Shown piece after piece: positions 10,979-20,904 of a stretch of DNA of 64,000 nt. Origin of the DNA: Candidatus Bathyarchaeota archaeon (lineage in GTDB: Archaea; Thermoproteota; Bathyarchaeia; Bathyarchaeales; Bathycorpusculaceae); assembly GCA_963785215.1 (NCBI GenBank), contig CAWAUU010000033.1, forward strand, positions 40,334-104,333, given 5' to 3'. The position numbers were made by a program, and so were the translations under genes. How positions within the stretch are numbered: position 1 is the first letter of the stretch; every line of letters begins with the position of its first letter. The notes under the pieces were generated by a model that had not been told where the DNA came from, made no database searches, and saw nothing but the letters and a program-made list of their open reading frames with translations.

Positions 10979-11623
10979 TTGTCTTCAAAAACAAAACATA
11001 TACGTGATAAGTGGCGTGGAAAAGGATGGTACATGGTTGTTGCGCCGTCCTACTTTGGCAACGTTGAGTTAGGTTCCATACCAGCGCAAGAACCAGAACA
11101 GCTCATTGGCAGAGTTGTTGAAGCCACTTTATATGATATAACAAGCGACTTTTCGCATCATTTCTTGAAAATGTTTTTCCAAGTTAACGAGGTTGACGCA
11201 AAAACCGCTAAGACGCTTTTTAAGGGTCATGAGTACTCGCGAGATTACCTTCGAAGCTTGGTTAGAAGGAGAACAACAAAAGTTGATTCATTAATCAACC
11301 TAACTACAAAAGACGGCTATAAGCTTAGAATTGCAGTTTCAGCCCTGACACTTTCAAGAATAAAAACGTCTCAAGAAAAGATAATCCGCAAAATGATGGA
11401 GAAAACAATCCACGAGAAAGCCAATGCTTTATCGCTGGACCAGTTCGTTCAAGAAATGGTTCTTGGCAAAATCGCTTCAGACATCTACAACCAAGCTAAA
11501 GAAGTTGCGCCATTAAGGCATGTTGGCATAAGAAAATCCAAACTATTAGCGCAACCACAAGTGCAGGCAAAAACGCAAGAAGCCCCAGCAGCTCCAGCTC
11601 CAGTAGCTCAAGCTGAAGCATAA
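10979..11623 (+). CDS. rps3ae: 30S ribosomal protein S3Ae
   Basis: RDKWRGKGWY...DYLRSLVRRRTTKVD...PLRHVGIRKSK. Confidence 0.95.
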   Translation: MSSKTKHIRDKWRGKGWYMVVAPSYFGNVELGSIPAQEPEQLIGRVVEATLYDITSDFSHHFLKMFFQVNEVDAKTAKTLFKGHEYSRDYLRSLVRRRTTKVDSLINLTTKDGYKLRIAVSALTLSRIKTSQEKIIRKMMEKTIHEKANALSLDQFVQEMVLGKIASDIYNQAKEVAPLRHVGIRKSKLLAQPQVQAKTQEAPAAPAPVAQAEA

Positions 11624-11715
11624 CCCATTCTTTATTTTCAAATTCTTCTTCTTTAGGGCAAAATACTTTAGAAACGATAAGCTAAAAATTTCTTTAATGA
11701 AACGTTAAGGGAGCA

Positions 11716-12192
11716 TTGTATTTGTCGGCAAAGGCGGGAGTTCATGAAAAGGGAACCTTTACGGTTCAAGACACTATCGACAACATTAAAAAAGACCCCA
11801 ATTACCACAAAGCTGGGGCGATAGGGCTTTTTATCGGTGTAGTTCGAGGGGAAACTTTCGAGGGGCAAAAAGTTGAAAAGCTCCAACTTGAAGCTTATGA
11901 AGAAAAAGCCAATCAAGTCTTAGGCAAAATATGCGATGATTTATCCGAAAAGCCGGGAATAGTTAACGTTCAAATTCACCATTTACTCGGCGAATTCAAC
12001 GTTGGAGACGATTTAGTTTATGTTGCGGTCGCTGGTTCTCACCGAACAGATGTTTTTCCCGTCCTGCGCGAAGCTGTAGAAAGATACAAAAGCGAAGCAC
12101 CAGTTTTCAAAAAAGAACACATTGTGGATGCAAAGGGTTCTGCAACTGAGTATTGGGTTTCAGAAAAACACAACCATAAACACCTTCATTAA
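11716..12192 (+). CDS. moaE: Molybdopterin synthase catalytic subunit
   Basis: GAIGLFIGVVR, LEAYEE, HHLLGEFNVGD, SHR, KSEAPVFKKE. Confidence 0.9.
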   Translation: MYLSAKAGVHEKGTFTVQDTIDNIKKDPNYHKAGAIGLFIGVVRGETFEGQKVEKLQLEAYEEKANQVLGKICDDLSEKPGIVNVQIHHLLGEFNVGDDLVYVAVAGSHRTDVFPVLREAVERYKSEAPVFKKEHIVDAKGSATEYWVSEKHNHKHLH

Positions 12193-12214
12193 ATGACTGA
12201 TGGCTTGAAAAGTT

Positions 12215-13132
12215 ATGATTACGGCTTTAGCAGGTGGTGTCGGCGCAGCTAGGTTCCTAACTGGCTTAGTGAAGCTTGTTAAAGAGGAAGACATTTCGGT
12301 AATTGTGAATACTGGCGATGACATTGACATGTTCGGTTTGCACATTTCGCCAGACATTGACATTGTAGCGTACACTTTAGCAGGTATCGTTGACGAGGAA
12401 AAAGGTTGGGGAATAAAAGGCGACACGTTTCAATGTCTCGAAATGATCAAAAAATTGGGCTTAGAAACATGGTTTAATTTGGGCGATAAGGATTTTGCAA
12501 CTCATATTTTTCGTACAAATTTGCTAAACAAAGGTTTCACGCTCTCGCAGGTGACCGACCAGATTTGCCATGCCTTAGGGCTTAAGGTTACCATTTTGCC
12601 AATGACGGATGACAAGTTTGAGACTTGGATAAAAATTGAGGAAGGGTTAGTTCATTTCGAAGAATATTTTGTTAAAAGACAAGCCAAAGATAAGGTTTTA
12701 GGTGTAGAATTTGTTGGCGCTGCTCACGCGAAACCTTCGCCTAAAGTTGTAGATTCAATTATTGATGCGGAAATGGTTGTTATTTGTCCCAGCAATCCGG
12801 TAGTTAGCATCGGCACCATTCTCTCGGTTGATGGAATAAGAGACGCATTGAAGAGGACAAATGCCAAAGTTGTCGGGGTTAGTCCTATAGTTGCTGGTGC
12901 TCCGATTAAGGGTCCTGCAGATAAACTGCTGCGTGGTTTAGGTTTTGAGGTTTCAGCGTTTTCTGTTGCTAAGCTTTATGCGGATTTTCTTGATACTTTT
13001 GTGATTGACATTAAGGATGCCGGGGAGAAGAACCAGATAGAACAGCTTGGAATCAAGGTGAAAGTGACAGATACCGTGATGAAGAGTTTAGAAGATAAAG
13101 TGCGGTTGGCGAAGACTGTTCTGGAAGACTAA
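12215..13132 (+). CDS. cofD: 2-phospho-L-lactate transferase (F420 biosynthesis)
   Basis: LAGGVGAARF, NTGDD, SPDID, LGDKD, HFEEYFV, PSNPVVSI, KGPADK. Confidence 0.95.
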   Translation: MITALAGGVGAARFLTGLVKLVKEEDISVIVNTGDDIDMFGLHISPDIDIVAYTLAGIVDEEKGWGIKGDTFQCLEMIKKLGLETWFNLGDKDFATHIFRTNLLNKGFTLSQVTDQICHALGLKVTILPMTDDKFETWIKIEEGLVHFEEYFVKRQAKDKVLGVEFVGAAHAKPSPKVVDSIIDAEMVVICPSNPVVSIGTILSVDGIRDALKRTNAKVVGVSPIVAGAPIKGPADKLLRGLGFEVSAFSVAKLYADFLDTFVIDIKDAGEKNQIEQLGIKVKVTDTVMKSLEDKVRLAKTVLED

Positions 13133-13208
13133 AATAAAAATCTGTAATATATAGACTAGGTTACTCTCTATATACTATTTGGACAGTATAAATAAGGCAA
13201 AAAAAAGA

Positions 13209-13328
13209 ATGGTTTACATGAGAGTGCCATGCAGAGAAAGAAAACAAAAAAGCGATACACAGAACTCGAAGCGCCATGGTACTTCATCCATGTTTGAGGC
13301 ATGGTTAAGCGTCTTAATAGTTGATTGA
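13209..13328 (+). CDS. Putative 39-aa micro-protein
   Basis: MVYMRVPCRERKQK...SMFEAWLSVLIVD*; TATA-like TATAAATA at ~13187; below the ORF-track length cutoff. Confidence 0.35.
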   Translation: MVYMRVPCRERKQKSDTQNSKRHGTSSMFEAWLSVLIVD

Positions 13329-13339
13329 GGGAGTAAATT

Positions 13340-13426
13340 GTGAAGGGAAAAGCAGGTAGCAAAAGGCAAGCACAAGCTAAAAAGAGTGATCTTGTGGATT
13401 GGCTTTTGGCGATTGATGCATGCTAA
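13340..13426 (+). CDS. Putative 28-aa micro-protein
   Basis: GTG start after GAGGGAG; MKGKAGSKRQAQAKKSDLVDWLLAIDAC*. Confidence 0.35.
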   Translation: MKGKAGSKRQAQAKKSDLVDWLLAIDAC

Positions 13427-13544
13427 GCGTGACATATCTAAAAAGTAAGCATTCGCGAAGAAAAGACATGCGTGTTAAAGTTATCTCTGGATGCGGCATT
13501 AAGAGAAGGGTTATATCTGAAACCCATTCAATAATGTTAGAGCA

Positions 13545-14222
13545 GTGATGAGAGTGGAAAGAAAAAGTTACGATTGGTTTGAGCAGCGCCGCAAAACCAG
13601 AGGATTAGAACTTGCTCATGATCAAATAACAAAGGCTTTTGATACGGTAACATGGCTGCATAAAGCAACCAAAAGCTTTTCAGAAAAAAACTTTAAAGAA
13701 GCCCAAAAATACATTGAAAACTTGTATAAAACTGAGGAAGGCGTTGACGCGCTTCGAACAGACGTCTTCATGGAGTTATCCAAGGGTGCAGCTCTTGTAG
13801 CAGATTATCGTGAAGACCTCTTACATCTTGTTAAACGGTTAGATACGCTTGCAGACCACACTAAAGATGCTGCAAGATGCCTTGAAATGCTCTCCGGGGC
13901 TGAAATCCCGCAGGAGCTAAGCGAAAAAACCGTTTTCATGACTGGAAAACTTGTGGAAACAGCACAGACATTAAGAAACAGCATAGAAAAAATCTCATCA
14001 AACCCAACAGAAGCCATAAATGAAGCAAAAAAAGTCGGCGAAATAGAACACGCAATAGACGTTGAATACCTTAACACTAAAAAATTATTCGTGAAATACG
14101 GCGTAAGCATAAACTGCGGAGCCATGGTGATATTCGACGACTTGATAGAATTCATCGAACAAGCAGCAGACATGTGCGCAGACACGGCAGACTACATCTT
14201 GATACTCTCAAGCAGAGAATAA
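13545..14222 (+). CDS. DUF47/PhoU-like phosphate transport regulator
   Basis: Helical repeats EEGVDALR...REDLLHLVKRLDTLAD...IEHAID...IEQAADMCADTAD. Confidence 0.85.
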   Translation: MMRVERKSYDWFEQRRKTRGLELAHDQITKAFDTVTWLHKATKSFSEKNFKEAQKYIENLYKTEEGVDALRTDVFMELSKGAALVADYREDLLHLVKRLDTLADHTKDAARCLEMLSGAEIPQELSEKTVFMTGKLVETAQTLRNSIEKISSNPTEAINEAKKVGEIEHAIDVEYLNTKKLFVKYGVSINCGAMVIFDDLIEFIEQAADMCADTADYILILSSRE

Positions 14223-14321
14223 AACCCTTAACCGTTTCTTATAATATTTTAATTTAGCGCTCAAAAAGGCTAAATTACTTTTTAACTGAACCCCTGAAAA
14301 ATTTAGTTTTTTACGGGTTGA

Positions 14322-14400
14322 TGGCGGGCCCGCTGGGATTTGAACCCAGGACCTCCGGCTCCGCAGGCCGGTGTCATAATCCGTACTAGACGACGAGCCC
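14322..14400 (-). tRNA. tRNA-Arg(GCG), CCA encoded
   Basis: Reverse complement GGGCTCG...CCGGC-CTGCGGA-GCCGG...GGTTCAAATCC...CGGGCCCGCCA folds as a cloverleaf. Confidence 0.95.
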
Positions 14401-14485
14401 CAATACTTATTTTAGCCCAGAAAATGAGGGCAGAATAGTAAATACTTTGCTTAAACTTAAAAATAGTGGTCTAAGATAGCATGTG

Positions 14486-16138
14486 TTATTTTGCTTTTTT
14501 AGGGAACGTTATTTTGAATTGTGTTCCTGCACCGACTTTGCTTTCAAAAGTTATTGTGCCGCCCTGTGCCTCAACTAAACGTTTTACAACGGCTAATCCG
14601 AAGCCTTGCCCTTTAGATTTGGTGGTCATAAGTGGCTGGAAGATTTTAGGTTTTATTTCGTCTGGAATACCCACACCAGTATCCGCAGTGATTATGAAAA
14701 CATTATCACCTTCCTCAAAAATTCTTATTTTTAATTTGCCGCCATTTGGCATGGCTTGAATAGCGTTTGTTGCAAGGTTTACAAGGATGCGTTTTAGGAA
14801 AGTTAAGTCTAAATTCAATTTTGATAGTTCCTTATCGCATTCTGCAAAGGCGTGAATATTGTTTGGTACATTCACTGTTGAAAGTAGTTGTGGAATGGCA
14901 CGGCGAAGGTCAACTTCAACCAGTTCAGGTTTGAGGGGTCTTGCGTAATCTTGCAAGTCAGAAATAATCTTGTTTATGTAATCTATTTGCTCTTGTATAG
15001 TACCTAAACTTTCTTGCGTATTTCTTTTGTATTGGCTATCGGGTGAACTATCGACATCTTGTTTTATCAAAAACAGTTCTCCGGCAATAGCTTGCAGTGG
15101 GTTACGAATATCATGGCCAATCATGCCTGCGGTTTGTCCAATAGTGGCTAAGCGTTCAGCATCTTTCAACTGTTTTGTTCTTTCATCAACAAGCCGTTCA
15201 AGATTTTTTGCGTAGTCCTCAACTTTTTGCTCTATTTGCTTGCGTTCAGTTATGTCCTGTTCTATTCCAGCTATTCTTGTCGGTTTTTTATCTTCGCCAA
15301 CTTCTCTAACCATTCGCTCAGAATGTATAACTCGCATTGAGCCATCTTGTCTGATAATGCGGTAATCAAAACTGGCTTTAGAAAGCAAACCGCCCGTAAA
15401 GAGCATTTGCTCCATTGTTTTGTTTATTGCTTCCCTGTCTTGCGGATAAATTCGAGCGACATAATCAGTCGTATTTGGGCCATACCGTTGCGGTTTCAAG
15501 CCAAAGATGCGAAATAGCTCTTCAGACCAAATTGCTTTATCCTCTTTAACATAATACTCCCAGCTTCCCACATGAGCAATTCTCTGCGCCATTTTTAACC
15601 GCTCTTCGCTTTCTCTAAGTGCCTCTTGAGTTTTGACGCCTTCAGTTACATCATCAAAAATAGTTACAGCAGCATTTGCTTTGCCTTCCTTATCGCAGAG
15701 CGGTTTTGCAGCTACGTTTACAGTAAAACGTTTTCCATTAACCTGCTCAATAATTTCCGGCGGTGCGCCACGCGTTGTTTCTTCTTTAAACAACGCCCTG
15801 TATGTATAAAGTTCTTCGGTTGGGCAAATCGTGCCATCCAGCTTGTATATCTTTACTGCAAGATTCCCTAATTCGAGCCCACACGGGTTCATACCAAGAA
15901 GCTCAATAGCCCTTTTATTGGCGTAGATTACTTTGACCCCAAACTTTTCAGTAACCATCACGGCTGAAGGAATATTTTCTAAAATATCGTTTAGCCGTTC
16001 TTTATCTAAAATTAAACCGCAAAATGAAGAGTTAGAAGTCAGGGTTTTATCTTCGCTAACATTTACTTCGGACGTTTCTTCTTTTAGTTTTATGTTGGTA
16101 GAGCTTTTTGATAATTCAACCATAAATTCCTCCAACAC
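14486..16138 (-). CDS. Cytoplasmic two-PAS sensor histidine kinase
   Basis: PAS/PAC segments (AHVGSWEY...WSEELFRIFG...DITERK), H-box GHDIRNPL, N-box NLATNAIQAM, G-boxes DTGVGI and GQGFGL. Confidence 0.95.
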   Translation of the reverse strand: MLEEFMVELSKSSTNIKLKEETSEVNVSEDKTLTSNSSFCGLILDKERLNDILENIPSAVMVTEKFGVKVIYANKRAIELLGMNPCGLELGNLAVKIYKLDGTICPTEELYTYRALFKEETTRGAPPEIIEQVNGKRFTVNVAAKPLCDKEGKANAAVTIFDDVTEGVKTQEALRESEERLKMAQRIAHVGSWEYYVKEDKAIWSEELFRIFGLKPQRYGPNTTDYVARIYPQDREAINKTMEQMLFTGGLLSKASFDYRIIRQDGSMRVIHSERMVREVGEDKKPTRIAGIEQDITERKQIEQKVEDYAKNLERLVDERTKQLKDAERLATIGQTAGMIGHDIRNPLQAIAGELFLIKQDVDSSPDSQYKRNTQESLGTIQEQIDYINKIISDLQDYARPLKPELVEVDLRRAIPQLLSTVNVPNNIHAFAECDKELSKLNLDLTFLKRILVNLATNAIQAMPNGGKLKIRIFEEGDNVFIITADTGVGIPDEIKPKIFQPLMTTKSKGQGFGLAVVKRLVEAQGGTITFESKVGAGTQFKITFPKKAK

Positions 16139-16515
16139 ACCCTAAAAAAACTTAATTCTGTAACTATTAATAGGTAAAAAGATAAGTTAAGTCTTTTGTT
16201 TTAATCAAAAAAGCCCCTTTTAGTTACATAATGATAGCATTGTAGATAATGCCCAACGTGTTTTTTTTAGTGAAGGGCAGCAAGGAGCGGTCTTAATTTT
16301 CCTAGCGAAAATTAGTAGTAAAATTGAGGTATGATAGGGTCGGCGCATTATTGCCGTGAGAATTACGCTAAAATTATAGATAGGGGTACGCTTTTTGCTT
16401 ACTTATTTGTATAGCTAAAAGCGGGCATCCTTGCGAGTAAGCAAGGCGTGTACAAGCCATTATGCTGGTTATGGACACACAGTTTCGTAATTCAAAAAAG
16501 AAAGATTCTAAACTG

Positions 16516-18120
16516 CTAACTTTTGCTCAGGACCCTTTTGAGAGCGGCGATGACGTTTTGTTTGCCCATGGCAAGCACATATGGACCTAAACGTGGACCC
16601 TGCGGTGCACCCATTAAAATCTTGTATAGCGTTTTGAAGAAGCCGCTGGGCTGTATGCTGTTGTTTTTTGCAGCGTTAAAGATGGCGTTTTGGATTTTAT
16701 CTGGTTCTTCTTCAGTTTCCAGTTCTATGATTAACTCGCTGATTGCTTTTTTCTCTTCGCTTGTTAGAGTGACATCTGTTTCTTTGATTTCTTCAAAGTC
16801 CATAATCCAGTTCAACGCGTACTCAACGCGCTGTCTTCAAGTTAGCATCTAAGGCTTGCCCCTTTTGCAGGTAACCGTAGCTTTGCAGTTTCTCAGCCAC
16901 ATAATCGTTTACACATTCTTTAGGCGCCATTTTAACTAGAAACGCCATCAAATTATATGGCACGTGAACGCTGGGTTTAGCCGGCGGCTTCATGACATAG
17001 CAGTACTCAAACAAACCTCTAAGCTTCGTGGCTTCCTTTTCGCCGACTTGTTTTTTGCCGAAATAAACGTCTTCGAGGTAATCAAGCTCATTCATGTACA
17101 GTGGAATATCTGATACGTCTAGGGTTCGTGTGCCGACAAACCGTTTAAGCATCAGCAAAAGCAGCGACTGTGGAGAACCATAACGGAACCACACCTGAGG
17201 CGTGAAAACGTTGCCTGCCGATTTGGAAATTTTCTTCCCGCCCTTATCGAGAAACATTTCGTATTTTGCATGTGAAGGCGGCTCAAAACAGAGAACTTCG
17301 CGGCAAATTCGGTCGTTGATGCGTACGGAGTCAGCTATGTCTTTCCCATAAGCTTCAAACCGTATGTCCAGCGCTTTCCAGCGGGCTGCAAATTCGCTTT
17401 TCCAAGTTAGCTTGCCTTCGCCGCTTTTTATGTCCACTTCGCCTTCATGACCGCAACCTGCAATTAGTTTGCCGCGGATTTCAAGACCTTCACATTTATA
17501 CGAGACCTTGTCGGTTTTGGGGTCGAACTTGTAGGCTCTGGTCGTGTAGAGGTGCCCGCATTTTTCGCAGACCGCGAAAAACGGCAAAACCTCAGTGTAG
17601 GTTTCTTGACCTACCTCTTCTTTGACGATTTCGCCTACTTTCTTGGCGTTAGTAAGTATGGTTCGAATCTCATTTAGAAGCAAGCCTTGTTCGTAGACTT
17701 GTTTGGCTGAGTAGTACTTGTATTCTATGCCGCATTTATCCAGGGCATCCAGCAGTAGCGAACTCATGTGTTTGCCGTAGCTTTCGTGGCAGCCGAAGGG
17801 GTCAGGTATGGAGGAGACTGAGAACCCAAGGTACTTCTCCAGGTCCTTTGAGAGCCCAACGGGAACTTTGCGTAAACCATCTTTATCGTCGCAGAAAGCA
17901 ACAAGTTCAGAATTACAATTAAGGTTCTTCAAAGCCAACGTAACCGCGTAGCTACGCGATGCATCACCTAAGCTGCCGATGTGGGGAAAACCTGAGGCGC
18001 CAAGACCCATCTCCGTGCGCGAGTTTACTCATGTCTCGGTTTAGCGATTGCTCTCTGTTCGATGACTTTCTTGGCCATCATGTCGTACCATGTGCCGCGT
18101 CCAATCGTCTCTTCACTCAT
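16516..18120 (-). CDS. lysS: Class I lysyl-tRNA synthetase (frameshifts near 18020-18050 and 16825)
   Basis: IGRGTWYD start, ASGFPHIGS, DDKDGLRKVP, GKLTWK, YGKD, KISKS; C-terminal GPRLGPY. Confidence 0.95.
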
Positions 18121-18187
18121 AAAGTTGAGCCTTCTGCAAATGTGACTGTGCATTGGAATAGAAAAATGTTTAGAGCCGAAAAAAGGC

Positions 18188-18535
18188 TCAAGGTTTCTTT
18201 CGTCTTAGGGCTGAAGCGATGGCTATGGCGCCGAGCACAAGAATTAGCAAAGCAAGGGAGTAAAGCCAGTTTGTGCTGTAAACGAGCCAAGCGACGCCTA
18301 AAGCCATGATAATTACGCCCATTTCCAATGTACCGAATGGTGTGCGCTCGTATTTCTGAGGGCTTTGAGCACGCATAAATGCCATGACCAGTTCCCATGC
18401 CCCGAACAGAATGAAGATTGTGGGAAAAATGTTTAGCCAGGGACCGATTAATTTTGCTGCATATGCCAGTATGGCAACTACTACGATTATGAATAAAACG
18501 CCTATTGAGAGCAGTTGCCGTCTACTTTCAGACAT
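18188..18535 (-). CDS. Small 4-TM membrane protein
   Basis: Four hydrophobic segments; last gene of the 20902-18188 cluster. Confidence 0.75.
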   Translation of the reverse strand: MSESRRQLLSIGVLFIIVVVAILAYAAKLIGPWLNIFPTIFILFGAWELVMAFMRAQSPQKYERTPFGTLEMGVIIMALGVAWLVYSTNWLYSLALLILVLGAIAIASALRRKKP

Positions 18536-18547
18536 TACTATGCCATC

Positions 18548-19543
18548 CTACGTTATTGTTGCGCCGCATTCGGGGCAGAACTTGGAGCTTGCAGGAATTG
18601 AGTGGCCGCATTTCGGACAGTTTATTGTGGCAGCTGATGGAGGCGTAAGGGTGGTTCCGCATTCAGGACAGAACTTTGATGTTGCTGGAACATGCGCGCC
18701 GCATTTGGGGCATATCACGAGTGCTGCTGTGGGCGCTTGTGCTTGAACTTGACCTGCTGAATTCATGATTTGAGGTATAAGCACCATGCCTGTGCCTAAG
18801 CCTGCTCCGCCGCCACCACCGCCTCCTTGACCTAGAGATGCCGCTGCACTCTTCACTGTTTCCATGCGCAAGACTGTGTCTGCTGGGGTGCTTCCAGTTT
18901 TAAGCCAGAACAGCCGTTCACGGTACTCAGGTGTGGTGTCGATGCCTTCGAAACGTAAGTCTGTTAGTTCGATGCCTAAGCGTTTGAAGTAGTCTAAGAC
19001 CGAGTTCTTAACAATAATAGATGTCTCTTGAAGCCTAGTAAAGACTGTAATCAAGTCGTAGTGAGAGAGTTCTGCGATTATCTTTTCGTTTAGGAATCCT
19101 CGGAGAAAGTCGTTGACACCGTTTGTGTCGAAAAGATTTTGTCCACCCACAACCTCATTCACGAACAGCGTTGCATCTTCGATTTTAAACAGGAATTGCC
19201 CAAACACTTTGAGTGGAGCCAGCTCTGTGGTTTGTGCACTTGTACCCCATTTGCCATTGAAAACTTTAGTGGCGATGTAGATGACCATCGCTGTAAACGG
19301 CTTGTTGCTACCGAACCCTGCTATACGCGTCAGCACACTTGTAAGCAAAGGCAGATTCAACGTTGTCAGTGTGTGCCTACCAGCATTGAAAACGTCATAG
19401 GCTTTTCCGTCTCTGAAGAACACTGCCATCTCATACTCATGCACGATGAGTTGGGCACCCCATGTAATATTTTCTACTGGATATCTCCAAACTATGGCGT
19501 CTGGACCGGCATCCTTAGTTTCCCATTCTATTACTTGTGGCAT
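18548..19543 (-). CDS. SPFH/band-7-like (YdjI-like) protein with C-terminal double Zn ribbon
   Basis: IVWRYP...GAQLIVHEYEMAVFFRDGK...GRHTLTT...KWGT; CPKCG...FCPECG occurs twice. Confidence 0.85.
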   Translation of the reverse strand: MPQVIEWETKDAGPDAIVWRYPVENITWGAQLIVHEYEMAVFFRDGKAYDVFNAGRHTLTTLNLPLLTSVLTRIAGFGSNKPFTAMVIYIATKVFNGKWGTSAQTTELAPLKVFGQFLFKIEDATLFVNEVVGGQNLFDTNGVNDFLRGFLNEKIIAELSHYDLITVFTRLQETSIIVKNSVLDYFKRLGIELTDLRFEGIDTTPEYRERLFWLKTGSTPADTVLRMETVKSAAASLGQGGGGGGGAGLGTGMVLIPQIMNSAGQVQAQAPTAALVICPKCGAHVPATSKFCPECGTTLTPPSAATINCPKCGHSIPASSKFCPECGATIT

Positions 19544-19544
19544 T

Positions 19545-20081
19545 TTAACTCATTCCTAAGATTACTTCATTACGTTGATCAAACGTGTTTTCTAAACTTT
19601 CAAGTTTGTCAGTTACATTCTGGACCCTGGTCTTAAGGTTCGTAGTTACGCCGCTGGCTAAATCTGCTTTAAAAGCGTCAATTTCAGTAGCCAATGCGTT
19701 TATTCCATCTAGAAGCTTATTATCAAAATCTATCATATGGTCAAGATTTTCCTCTCTGACTTTGACGGCGTCAAAGAACCCGCTGTACCCGTAAGAAGCA
19801 TGATTAACTTTCTCAACAACACGGTCCATCTTAGCTAATAGGCGATCCATGTCTGTCAGGACGTCGAAGTAGCGGCGGTCAGCTAACTTCTGCTCAATTT
19901 CCCTCAAATCTGTCTTTTCAATGGACAGTTTCAGGTATAGGTGATTTCTGATTAGCCTGTCGCTTTCGCGGCGCAGTTCCTTCTCTTTGTAACCGCGGAA
20001 ACCCGGAACAAAAGCGGCTATCTTCTCAGGAAGGGACATTTGACCTTGAACCTTTGATAATTCATCGTTTTTATCGCTCAT
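19545..20081 (-). CDS. Conserved helical hypothetical protein
   Basis: PGFRGYKEKELRRESDRLIR, HASYGYSGFFD; 1-nt spacing to the next gene. Confidence 0.75.
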   Translation of the reverse strand: MSDKNDELSKVQGQMSLPEKIAAFVPGFRGYKEKELRRESDRLIRNHLYLKLSIEKTDLREIEQKLADRRYFDVLTDMDRLLAKMDRVVEKVNHASYGYSGFFDAVKVREENLDHMIDFDNKLLDGINALATEIDAFKADLASGVTTNLKTRVQNVTDKLESLENTFDQRNEVILGMS

Positions 20082-20155
20082 TTTACATATCCGCCTTTTT
20101 TATTATTCGTTGATAATAAAAGGTCGCTTTTAAAGTTTGTTAGAACATATCAAGC

Positions 20156-20902
20156 TTAGAATCTGGAAGATGGAATATCACCTTTTAAGGCTGTTCCACC
20201 GGTTCCTTCGATTATCAACTGGTAAACTTTGCCTTTGTACTCATATTTGATGAACCAAATGGGCGCATGCAAATAGACCTCCTGTTTGGCGGTGACTTCG
20301 GTTTTTATCTCAACTATTTTATCCACGTCTTGCTGGAGAAGGAAACGATGGTGATCCTCGATTTGTTGCTTGGCAATTTCCAAGGCGGCATCACGGTCCA
20401 TTTCACTGTTTAACAGTTTGGCGAAGCCTTCGATTTTGCGGAAGTCAAAGGGAATTTTCCCTTCCAAAGGAACCAGGTATTCACGCGTGGGGAAACCGGA
20501 AGCTTCACGCGCCAAAACCAGCCACTCATATTCCTTGGAGATTGTGCCCTCTTTAACGATGGCTGGAGCTATGCGTTCGAATATGCCCTTGTAAGTGCTT
20601 TTAGCCTCCACTGAAACCACCCAAAATGGCAAATAAACCAAGTCTCTCTCGGTAATCTTTGATTTCTTAGCGAGGTCACCTGGCTTCAAGAAGCCGCCGC
20701 GCATCCAATCCTGAATCGGCCCGTCTATACTTTTTAGGTCAAACCTGTTGAGAATAAGCGAATGCTCAAACGTGAATGCTTGCCCAGTCTCGATGACGGT
20801 GTTGAAGCCGCAGTATTTGCAGGTAGCAATTATTTCTCCTGGTTTAAACTCAACTGGAGCGCCGCAGTGGCTGCACTTGATTTCTTGAGCTATATTATCC
20901 AT
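20156..20902 (-). CDS. Zn-ribbon protein, YdjG-like
   Basis: CSHCGAP...CKYCG, VYLPFWV, PFD, APIWFIKYEYKGK. Confidence 0.75.
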   Translation of the reverse strand: MDNIAQEIKCSHCGAPVEFKPGEIIATCKYCGFNTVIETGQAFTFEHSLILNRFDLKSIDGPIQDWMRGGFLKPGDLAKKSKITERDLVYLPFWVVSVEAKSTYKGIFERIAPAIVKEGTISKEYEWLVLAREASGFPTREYLVPLEGKIPFDFRKIEGFAKLLNSEMDRDAALEIAKQQIEDHHRFLLQQDVDKIVEIKTEVTAKQEVYLHAPIWFIKYEYKGKVYQLIIEGTGGTALKGDIPSSRF

Positions 20903-20904
20903 GT

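Noticed and set aside
9638-18120. Programmed frameshifting or pseudogenisation of serS and lysS
   Set aside because: No consistent slippery motif; the same breaks occur in ribosomal proteins throughout the window.
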